Source: a virus
Lineage: Duplodnaviria > Caudoviricetes
DNA: 25,684 nt
Reading direction: 5' to 3' (one strand)
Virus record (IMG/VR): IMGVR_UViG_3300044657_000552
Location: 1 to 25,684 of that record
Shown in pieces: positions 1 to 6,553 of this stretch (positions are counted from its first letter, which is position 1; each line of letters opens with the position of its first letter). A program made the position numbers and the translations under genes. The notes below the pieces were generated by a model. The model was not told the DNA's origin. It did no database searches and saw only the letters and a program-made list of their open reading frames with translations.

Positions 1-683
1 CCATCAAACGTCGTAATCGCAGACCCGTTCGCAGCCAACTCGACCGCTGTAGCACCAGTAGCGCCAATCAAACGGCCACCAACAAACCGGATGATCTCAT
101 CGTTCGTTGTGTGCCCCGCCAACGTAGAAGGCGCAGCCGTGCTACCCAGCGTTGTCGTGTGCAACGTATCCGACGCACCATACGCCAACCACAACGTCGT
201 ACCGTCAGAATCAAAATCAGTGATCGTTGGCGTGCCAGCAATCGAAGTCACCGTAGACCATGTAGGCGACGCAGTATCAAAATCGGTCGAGAAGTACATT
301 GTGGACCCGTCCACGACATACAAATACTCAGCCGCTCCGTTGCGAAACTGCTTCATGATCACGTCAGTGCCAGTGTTGCCCTTATCTACCGTTTTCGCCA
401 GCAACGACACCTGACCCTCAGTCCACACATCCACACCAGACGACGTGTAGAACCGGCGACGATCCGAGTCAGGATTATCCAGAAACTCCTGACCAGCGCC
501 GTACGACCAGTCAGTTTGCGACCGCACCCACATCTGCGTCGTCAACTGCTGCTCGCCAGCCTCATCAGACGTGTCCCGCTGCTCACGCAAAACAGGAATC
601 GTTGTACGACTGTACCCCTCGGTATCAATCATGTACGAGGTGCCATTGATCGCAACCGGCAGATACTCAGGCGAATGCGCCAT
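1..683 (-). CDS. Partial tail nozzle/stabilisation-like (beta-propeller) protein, runs off the window edge
   Basis: Not in the ORF track because there is no stop in the window. ATG at 683, 3 nt after the upstream stop, reads MAHSPEYLPVAINGTSYMIDTEGYSRTTIPVLREQRDTS...WVRSQTDWSYGAGQEFLD...SSGVDVWTEGQVSLL and stays open to position 1. It is beta-rich and follows the adaptor-like gene. Function is inferred from position. Confidence 0.7.
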   Translation of the reverse strand, partial: MAHSPEYLPVAINGTSYMIDTEGYSRTTIPVLREQRDTSDEAGEQQLTTQMWVRSQTDWSYGAGQEFLDNPDSDRRRFYTSSGVDVWTEGQVSLLAKTVDKGNTGTDVIMKQFRNGAAEYLYVVDGSTMYFSTDFDTASPTWSTVTSIAGTPTITDFDSDGTTLWLAYGASDTLHTTTLGSTAAPSTLAGHTTNDEIIRFVGGRLIGATGATAVELAANGSAITTFD

Positions 684-686
684 CGT

Positions 687-1619
687 TTACACCCCTCGGT
701 AAATCGAAGTCTGAGTGCGCCCACCGGAACGAGTCCAGATAGCCGGATACTGGCCGTTCAAACGAGTCGCTTCAGCATTGATCCGTTCCAAACGCAACCC
801 GCGCAGATCCCGCATCGACGCCGACACGGCACCAGCAGGCACCTCCTCAGCCATCCTCGAGGAACCCTGCTCGTCAAGAAACTCGCGACGGATCGGACGC
901 GACGACATCAGGCGCAGCGCCGCACCCAACACCGGCAGGTCGTAGCCCTCAGCATGCAACCCTGTCGTGGACAGCGCAGTAGTCGAATCAGTCAACGTAG
1001 AGAACCCGGTCTTGTACAGCACCCGTACTGTCTCTCCCGGCCACGCATCCGAATGCAGGATCAGGCCGTACCCTGACGGAAACGACGAAGTGTTACGGTC
1101 CCGTCGCAACGAAAACTCGGTGATCGACGGCTCCGACGCCTCAGACCCAGGATCCGAATACGTCACCTGATACACCGACAGAATGTCGTCCGTCACCCCA
1201 GTCAAGTCGTAGCCGTCCTGCGCAGCGTTGAACGTCAACTCTACTGTTTTGATCTGGAACAGGCCGTGTTGCGGCGACGACAAATCCCGCAACTCGTGAT
1301 TCAAAGCGTCAAGGATCTGATACGCAGGGAACTTCGGGTTCACCGTGACAAGCGAACCAATAGCGTGCGACGAAGCCTCAGAACCCTTATAGCCGCGGCG
1401 CACTGTCGCTGCACCAGAAGTCACCGAAAAGACGTACATCAATTCGGTGCCGACCTCGATCGTCGCGCCAGCAACCACACCCGGCACTGTCGCTGACGGC
1501 AACGCAAACGAAACCACCGTTTCGCTCGCATTCAACGCCGCACCCAACGTCGCCTGCTCCTCAACGTAATCCGTCAACAACAGATCACGGGTTTCATCAA
1601 TCCAAGTCTGAGCAGTCAT
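687..1619 (-). CDS. Putative head-to-tail adaptor / tail tubular protein
   Basis: 310 aa, with an ATGA overlap with the upstream gene. Helical termini surround a beta insert with the virion-protein motif 'IEVGTELM...VRRGYKGSEASSHAIG'. It precedes the nozzle-like gene. Confidence 0.6.
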   Translation of the reverse strand: MTAQTWIDETRDLLLTDYVEEQATLGAALNASETVVSFALPSATVPGVVAGATIEVGTELMYVFSVTSGAATVRRGYKGSEASSHAIGSLVTVNPKFPAYQILDALNHELRDLSSPQHGLFQIKTVELTFNAAQDGYDLTGVTDDILSVYQVTYSDPGSEASEPSITEFSLRRDRNTSSFPSGYGLILHSDAWPGETVRVLYKTGFSTLTDSTTALSTTGLHAEGYDLPVLGAALRLMSSRPIRREFLDEQGSSRMAEEVPAGAVSASMRDLRGLRLERINAEATRLNGQYPAIWTRSGGRTQTSIYRGV

Positions 1620-2014
1620 GTCTCACCCAACGCATCGCGAACTAGCCCCATCCCACGCTTACGACCCGTCGAGGTCGCAAACGTGTGACCGGAGTTTACC
1701 TCATGCTTCTCCTCCGCTTTAGCTTCCAGCTTCGCAGCCCCGTTTATCGACGGAGGCTGCACCCCGTCCTTGCGTAGCCGCTTGTACGCAGCCATATCCG
1801 CATCCTTCTCACGCTCCGCACGCCGCGTAGCGTCAAAATCAATCACGTTATTGCGTGACGGCACCGCCGACGGAGACACATACGGCATCCCCATCAACTT
1901 CCCCATCACTGCTCCGCACTCCATACAGTGCATATCCGGTTCATCATCGAACCCGTGCAACACTTCCTCAACCGCACCACAAACCTGGCAACGGTAGTCA
2001 TACCTCGGCATCAA
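1616..2014 (-). CDS. FmdB-family zinc-ribbon protein
   Basis: The N-terminus MPRYDYRCQVCG...HCMECG matches the FmdB CxxC...CxxC zinc-ribbon pattern. Overlaps both neighbours. Confidence 0.85.
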   Translation of the reverse strand: MMPRYDYRCQVCGAVEEVLHGFDDEPDMHCMECGAVMGKLMGMPYVSPSAVPSRNNVIDFDATRRAEREKDADMAAYKRLRKDGVQPPSINGAAKLEAKAEEKHEVNSGHTFATSTGRKRGMGLVRDALGET

Positions 2015-2295
2015 ATCTCCTCCACTGAGTAGCCGGCAGCAGTCAACGCGTCCGCTTCTGCTGATGTCAGATCAGTAGGCGACTCATGCCCGCCATAAAT
2101 TGTGCGGCTAATCAACGCCGGATCACCCGGCTGTCGAGTCGTTACTGAACCGTTCGTCAAAATAAACACGTTCCGGCCTTTCGCCCCCGGTGTACGGAAC
2201 CGTGCCAGGTTCCGCGCCGGATCAGAAACGTGATACGGGACAACGTCAACCTGCGGAAGAATGTTTTCTGTAGGCAACACGACACGAAATGCCAC
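2011..2295 (-). CDS. Hypothetical virion-associated protein (94 aa)
   Basis: Fills the gap between the fibre and zinc-ribbon genes. Same strand and codon bias as its neighbours, and its stop overlaps the next start. Confidence 0.7.
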   Translation of the reverse strand: MAFRVVLPTENILPQVDVVPYHVSDPARNLARFRTPGAKGRNVFILTNGSVTTRQPGDPALISRTIYGGHESPTDLTSAEADALTAAGYSVEEI

Positions 2296-2309
2296 AGGTC
2301 GCCCCTAAC

Positions 2310-3593
2310 TTACCCAGCTTCTAACGCTTCAACCCGAGCAGACAATTCCTGAACTGCTTTGATAAGAACAGGGACAAACTCTCCATAGTTCAACCCTTCC
2401 GTCCCATCAACAATGGGATCGCCCGTCAAAGGATCAACGGTTTGCTTATGCCACATCCCCACGTTTTGCGGACGGCCATAAGCATCCAACACTGTCCGAA
2501 CGTTCTGCGCCGACAACCACTCATGCTGCTCGTAAACCCCATCTGAATCGTCAGTCCAAACACCAGAAAAAGGGTTCAAATCGTTGATGAAATCAAGACC
2601 AAGCGCATCATCCAACATGGTCTTCCTGCGTTCATCAGACGTTTGGATAGTGCCGTTATCAGCCCAAACCTGAAGCCACTGCTGACCGCTCGCACCAAGC
2701 TCCTCAGTGCCATCCGTGTAAGGCACAACAGCAGTCGTCGTAACCCTCATACCGCCAGTACCGCTGTTAACAGTTATTGCAACTACGCCGCCAGCAGGTT
2801 GCCATATTCCACTGTCAGTATCAGTCCCGAAATAATATGATGGAGCGCCCACACTCCCCGTAGCAGCTTTATACCTTGTCGTGTCAAGAACATTTGACGA
2901 CGCATTGTAAGACAACCCAGTGTCGTACTTGACCTGCTGCGTACCGCCAGCAGTATTCAACAAGGCTGGGTAAGCACTAGAATCAGATGTTGACCCAGTA
3001 GAAACGTTCGTAGCGTTCGTAGCGTTCGTAACCGTACCAACAGTTGTCGAAATAGAAGCATTCGCAGAACCATCAATCGTCGTAGACCCAGTCACGTCGC
3101 CCGTCAACGACAACGTCCTCGCAGTCGTCCACTTATCCGCAGTCTCAACACCACCAGACACGCTCGTAGCAGTCGCAGCATTACCCGTAATGTCGCCATT
3201 CAACGTCGCCGTCGAAATATCCAAAATCGTTGCACCCAACGAATCCAGAATGTCGCCCGACAACCGGGCATTCACCGCAGTCACATCACCAGACAACGTC
3301 GCGTCCACAGCCGTCAAATCAGCCGACAACGTAACATTCGCCATCGAAGGCGAATCAGTCCACGCCGAAGTAGAACCCGACGCACACCCCAACACCTGAT
3401 TCGCAGAAGGCGTCGAAGACCCAATACCAACCTTCGTTTCAATCTGCTGAACAGCGTCACCAAGATTCTGATGCAAACCGGCATGAGTCGGATGACCCGA
3501 AGTCGAATCATCCAACGCCGTAACAGCCTCAGGCTCAGTGCCGCCACCAACATTCGTAGTCGCGTCAAGACTCCCAGGATAATTCGTAGCCAT
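2310..3593 (-). CDS. Tail fibre/spike protein with C-terminal intramolecular chaperone (Peptidase S74-like)
   Basis: The C-terminus has IQTSDERRK...LGLDFINDLNP...GLNYGEFVPVLIKAVQELSARVEALE, the S74 autocleavage chaperone signature. Fibre motifs include ADKWTTARTLSLTGDVTGS and ~11-aa TLSGD repeats. Thr/Ser/Gly-rich. Confidence 0.88.
   Translation of the reverse strand: MATNYPGSLDATTNVGGGTEPEAVTALDDSTSGHPTHAGLHQNLGDAVQQIETKVGIGSSTPSANQVLGCASGSTSAWTDSPSMANVTLSADLTAVDATLSGDVTAVNARLSGDILDSLGATILDISTATLNGDITGNAATATSVSGGVETADKWTTARTLSLTGDVTGSTTIDGSANASISTTVGTVTNATNATNVSTGSTSDSSAYPALLNTAGGTQQVKYDTGLSYNASSNVLDTTRYKAATGSVGAPSYYFGTDTDSGIWQPAGGVVAITVNSGTGGMRVTTTAVVPYTDGTEELGASGQQWLQVWADNGTIQTSDERRKTMLDDALGLDFINDLNPFSGVWTDDSDGVYEQHEWLSAQNVRTVLDAYGRPQNVGMWHKQTVDPLTGDPIVDGTEGLNYGEFVPVLIKAVQELSARVEALEAG
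3005..3031. repeat. 9-bp tandem repeat (CGTTCGTAG x3, last imperfect) encoding TNATNATN in the fibre
   Basis: Directly visible: cgttcgtag cgttcgtag cgttcgtaa. Confidence 0.8.
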
Positions 3594-3688
3594 CAGCGCT
3601 TACCCTTCTTCTTCTTCGCAGCAGCCTTCTTCGCCGCCGCCTTACCCGCCTTCGTATACGGATACTTCTTGCCACCAACCATCGGCAT
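3593..3688 (-). CDS. Small Lys/Ala-rich basic peptide (31 aa, MPMVGGKKYPYTKAGKAAAKKAAAKKKKGKR)
   Basis: Below the ORF-track cutoff. GGAG SD lies upstream, and its TGA overlaps the fibre ATG (TGATG). It fills the gap after the capsid terminator. Confidence 0.8.
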   Translation of the reverse strand: MPMVGGKKYPYTKAGKAAAKKAAAKKKKGKR

Positions 3689-3703
3689 AACCGGCTCCAA
3701 ACG

Positions 3704-3740
3704 TGAAAAGAGGGGCCGAGACCGGCTCCCGACCCCTCTT
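3704..3740 (-). terminator. Rho-independent terminator after the major capsid gene
   Basis: The minus strand reads AAGAGGGGTCGGGAG-CCGGT-CTCGGCCCCTCTT followed by TTCACGTTT, ~20 nt after the MCP stop. Confidence 0.8.
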
Positions 3741-3762
3741 CACACTACACCATCAACGCTTA

Positions 3763-4701
3763 TCAGTTAGCGCCGATGCTCGAAGACGTTTCAATCCGAC
3801 GGATCGAAGCCTCACGGAAACGGCTGTACCCGACAAGGTGGTACCAACCGACCGGCTGGAACCGGCGCAGAGTATCGGTCACCGGGCCGAACACGACCGA
3901 CGGATCCGAACCGAAACCGGTTGCACGGGAGTGCGCCTTCGCAAGCGCCTGCTTGCCGCAGACCACCGTGTTGTAGGCGTCCACAGTGCCGCTACCGCCG
4001 TCAGCGGTGATCTCAAGACGAGGAGTCTCGATGAAATCCACGCCACCGAAAGTACCGATGCTGCCTGCACGCACAGCGCCGCCGTCCTGACGGATCTGGT
4101 ACTGAATGATGTCAGTCACAGCGGTGTCTTCACGAAGGTCGAACGACACGTCAGGGTGAATGAACCCGACATAGACGTTGCCCATCATCGGCATAGCGGA
4201 ATCGCTACGCAGATTCGCGACAGCCTCACGAATGTCGCCGGCGTCAAGGTTGTCGGTAGCGTCAAGCGTCGCCGTCGAGGTCGCATCGCCACCGTACGCA
4301 ACGTTGCTGCCAGCAACAAGCACGTCGTGAACGACGTTGTCGATGCTGTTCGCCATGTTGTAACCGATGATGTTCGCAGCATCAGCGTCCACGTTCAGGA
4401 ACGAGGTGCCACGCAGCTTCGCCGTGGTGATAACAGCGTTGCCGTACTCGGCAAGAGTCACCGTCACGGTCGAATCGCTAAGCGCAACAGCGGTCACGTC
4501 CGACGTTTCGGTCAGAGCCGAAGTCGCCTGGGCAAGATCGTTGTAAATGTTGAACTGAACCGACGAGCCGGGGTGCGACTGGTTGGTCGTCTTCACATCC
4601 GCAACCATCTCGAACATCGGCTGCGAACGCAACGCGAAGTACGCAAACTGTTCAAATGCGGTGGTATCCGAAGACACCGAAGAGGTCTGAGTGTAAGCCA
4701 T
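3763..4701 (-). CDS. Major capsid protein, N4-gp56-like family (HK97 fold)
   Basis: 312 aa with TSALTE, VTVTLAEYGNAV, YVGFIHPDVSFDLR, IGTFGGVDFIETP and DTLRRFQPVGWY...RRIET, which are typical of N4-gp56-family capsids. It follows a scaffold-like gene and precedes a terminator. Confidence 0.9.
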   Translation of the reverse strand: MAYTQTSSVSSDTTAFEQFAYFALRSQPMFEMVADVKTTNQSHPGSSVQFNIYNDLAQATSALTETSDVTAVALSDSTVTVTLAEYGNAVITTAKLRGTSFLNVDADAANIIGYNMANSIDNVVHDVLVAGSNVAYGGDATSTATLDATDNLDAGDIREAVANLRSDSAMPMMGNVYVGFIHPDVSFDLREDTAVTDIIQYQIRQDGGAVRAGSIGTFGGVDFIETPRLEITADGGSGTVDAYNTVVCGKQALAKAHSRATGFGSDPSVVFGPVTDTLRRFQPVGWYHLVGYSRFREASIRRIETSSSIGAN

Positions 4702-4736
4702 TGGGATTCCTTCCCATCCGGCCTACCTCGGCTATG

Positions 4737-5189
4737 TCAAACTGCTGCGTTAATTGTGCCGCCGTGAGCTTCGATCAGAGCCGCAAGCTCTTCAGCATTG
4801 TTCGTCTGGGAGACCAGACTTGACCACTCAGGTGGCGACACAGGCCCAGCATCGTCAGCCGCCATCGCGATCCGCTGCTCCGCACCGTAATCAACGGGCG
4901 GTGCCTGCGCTGCTGGGGGATTACTGTCCCCAGCCAACCCAAGCTCAGTGGCTTCAGCACGAATAGCGTCCACAGTCATTTCGCCTTCGTAGCCCCGCAT
5001 AAAGTATTGACCCTGCTTTGACTGCGGATCAACACCTGCATTACGGAACGACACCTCGCGTCGCAACTGCGCCAACTCGGCAACCGCCTCATCCCCGGCT
5101 TTAGCCCGGTTCTCGAGGTCACGTCGCCAATTTGGCTTCGATTCTTGGCTAACAGAGTCTTCAGCCTCGGTAGGCATTTCATCTGTCAT
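4737..5189 (-). CDS. Putative capsid scaffolding protein
   Basis: 150 aa, acidic, with an N-terminal coiled coil (NWRRDLENRAK...AELAQLRRE). Lies directly upstream of MCP, with GAAGGTGAG SD. Confidence 0.75.
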   Translation of the reverse strand: MTDEMPTEAEDSVSQESKPNWRRDLENRAKAGDEAVAELAQLRREVSFRNAGVDPQSKQGQYFMRGYEGEMTVDAIRAEATELGLAGDSNPPAAQAPPVDYGAEQRIAMAADDAGPVSPPEWSSLVSQTNNAEELAALIEAHGGTINAAV

Positions 5190-5210
5190 ATGTCACTCAC
5201 CTTCGATACG

Positions 5211-5278
5211 CGTCTGCAACGGTGGAATGCAGACGGAGGATGGGTGGAACAGCTCACCTCGCATGAGGGCCGATCCAC
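5211..5278 (-). promoter_or_regulatory. Structured 5' leader (two hairpins) of the scaffold/capsid transcript
   Basis: Hairpin 1 is GTGGA-T-CGGC-CCTC-ATGC-GAGG-TGA-GCTG-T-TCCAC (5278-5244). Hairpin 2 is CGTCTGCA-TTCCACCGT-TGCAGACG (5235-5211), a perfect 8-bp stem. Confidence 0.55.
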
Positions 5279-5283
5279 TCGCC

Positions 5284-5313
5284 ATGTTAAGTCAACCTAA
5301 CAACAAGTGTCAA
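5284..5313 (-). promoter_or_regulatory. Sigma70/SigA-type promoter for scaffold-capsid genes
   Basis: TTGACA (5313-5308), an 18-nt spacer, then TAACAT (5289-5284). The -35 box overlaps the upstream stop codon. Confidence 0.7.
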
Positions 5314-5330
5314 GCACCATTACTCAAACC
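5310..5330. repeat. 21-bp direct repeat, copy 1 (TCAAGCACCATTACTCAAACC)
   Basis: Exact match to 6533-6553. The flanking bases differ on both sides. Confidence 0.97.
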
Positions 5331-5945
5331 TGTTGCTTCAAACAACAAACGCTGGGCATTAACCTCATCCAACCAGTTAGTCAACCGGCGAAGGTTCGCA
5401 TCTGGCCCGAAAACCAAAAACGTACCGTCAACCGAATCGCAACCAATCCAAGTTGCGTATCGCAAACGACGGAGGCTATTGACCCTCCCCATGTGCGCCC
5501 ATACTCTACGGTGATTCGCTTCGGCAACGATCGACCGCGCTTCCGACCCGAGCTTCCATTCCGTTGTGCCGCCGACGAAAACTGCACCGATCGCATCCCA
5601 CGGGACTGTGTCAACAGTTGCGCCGTCTTGCAAAACGATTGCTAACGGAACCGGCCAGTCGTCTTTCGGGAACTCATCCCATCGGCGCAGAGTCGCTGCC
5701 CAATCACCGACGACATCCGGCACCGTGACGAACAATGCGTTCGGATGATCGGCAACAAGTTTCCGATACTTTGCCAATGTGAACGCATCAGGTTGAGAAA
5801 AACACCCGTTATCAATGATCGTTGAAATGCCGTCTGTGACCCGCAGACGATTACCTTGAGCGGGCGTAATAATCGCTCCGAAGTCATCACGAGTCGCCAT
5901 TGCACAACGGATCGATTCAGTTGACGGATTTCCGAAGTAGATCAA
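5310..5945 (-). CDS. TGT-fold, DpdA-like 7-deazaguanine transglycosylase (putative)
   Basis: The motifs DNGCF, PDVVGD, VLQDG, FVGG, HMGRVN and DSVDGT fall in the same order as the TGT motifs DSGGF, D, QGG, GG, YLMG and DMFD (catalytic Asp). There is no CxCxxC zinc domain. Translationally coupled to a VUT transporter gene. Confidence 0.7.
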   Translation of the reverse strand: MIYFGNPSTESIRCAMATRDDFGAIITPAQGNRLRVTDGISTIIDNGCFSQPDAFTLAKYRKLVADHPNALFVTVPDVVGDWAATLRRWDEFPKDDWPVPLAIVLQDGATVDTVPWDAIGAVFVGGTTEWKLGSEARSIVAEANHRRVWAHMGRVNSLRRLRYATWIGCDSVDGTFLVFGPDANLRRLTNWLDEVNAQRLLFEATGLSNGA

Positions 5946-6499
5946 CTATCGCCTGAGACCATCACCGTGAACTCGGTCAGCGGCTGCTCGTATCGCTGAC
6001 GGGCCATCGCGACGATCGGGAGAGCAACAGCGACCATGATCGCCTTGCCGACGATCTGCCCGGTAATGTAGTTGAGCGACCCGAACGCGAGCCAGAGGAA
6101 CACGATCGAGTCTGCGATCGACCCGACGACGTTCGACGCAGCGACAGCGATCGGCCAGTTGCGCTCTCGTAGCGGTGCGTACACGCCGAGATCGAACAGC
6201 TCGGCAAGTAGGAACGCTGCGCCTGATGCGACGGCGATTGACGTTACGCCTCCGGGGATCGAGACGGCGTCGCTCAGCAGCCACGAGAGACCGGCACCTG
6301 CGACGATCGCAGGGACCACGGCGCGGACCCCGCCGTACTCGTGGATGGCGTCGCGCAGCCCGAACGTCAGGCCGGCGAAGAACACCCCGGCTGGTGCGGT
6401 AAGACCGAGACCGATGCCGATCACCCCCCACGTTTCGAGCGCCCAATTCGCTCCAATAATTGTAAGCAGAAATGCACCAATAGTTGCTTTTAACTTCAC
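5942..6499 (-). CDS. VUT/YhhQ (DUF165-like) queuosine-precursor transporter
   Basis: 185 aa and hydrophobic, with several TM segments. Motifs ANW, PAGVFFAGLTFGLRDAIHE, ASGAAFLLAELFDLGVY, ASNVVGSIADSIVFLWLAFG and GQIVGK are characteristic of VUT. GTG start with AAGGAG SD. Confidence 0.88.
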   Translation of the reverse strand: MKLKATIGAFLLTIIGANWALETWGVIGIGLGLTAPAGVFFAGLTFGLRDAIHEYGGVRAVVPAIVAGAGLSWLLSDAVSIPGGVTSIAVASGAAFLLAELFDLGVYAPLRERNWPIAVAASNVVGSIADSIVFLWLAFGSLNYITGQIVGKAIMVAVALPIVAMARQRYEQPLTEFTVMVSGDS

Positions 6500-6532
6500 A
6501 GGGTTTCTCCTTTTGAGTTTTGTGTAATTTTA

Positions 6533-6553
6533 TCAAGCACCATTACTCAAACC
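6533..6553. repeat. 21-bp direct repeat, copy 2 (TCAAGCACCATTACTCAAACC)
   Basis: Exact match to 5310-5330. Encodes the GLSNGA-stop end of the 402-aa gene. Confidence 0.97.

Larger units (their letters stand above)
5310..6553 (-). mobile_element. Direct-repeat-flanked two-gene accessory cassette (moron-like)
   Basis: Exact 21-bp repeats 1,223 bp apart enclose exactly two non-structural genes inside the structural region. Codon style is atypical. No integrase or transposase is present. Confidence 0.75.

Noticed and set aside
5946-6536. Alternative-frame 196-aa Arg-rich ORF overlapping the VUT gene
   Set aside because: A by-product of the high GC of the VUT gene. The VUT frame has the SD and the family motifs.
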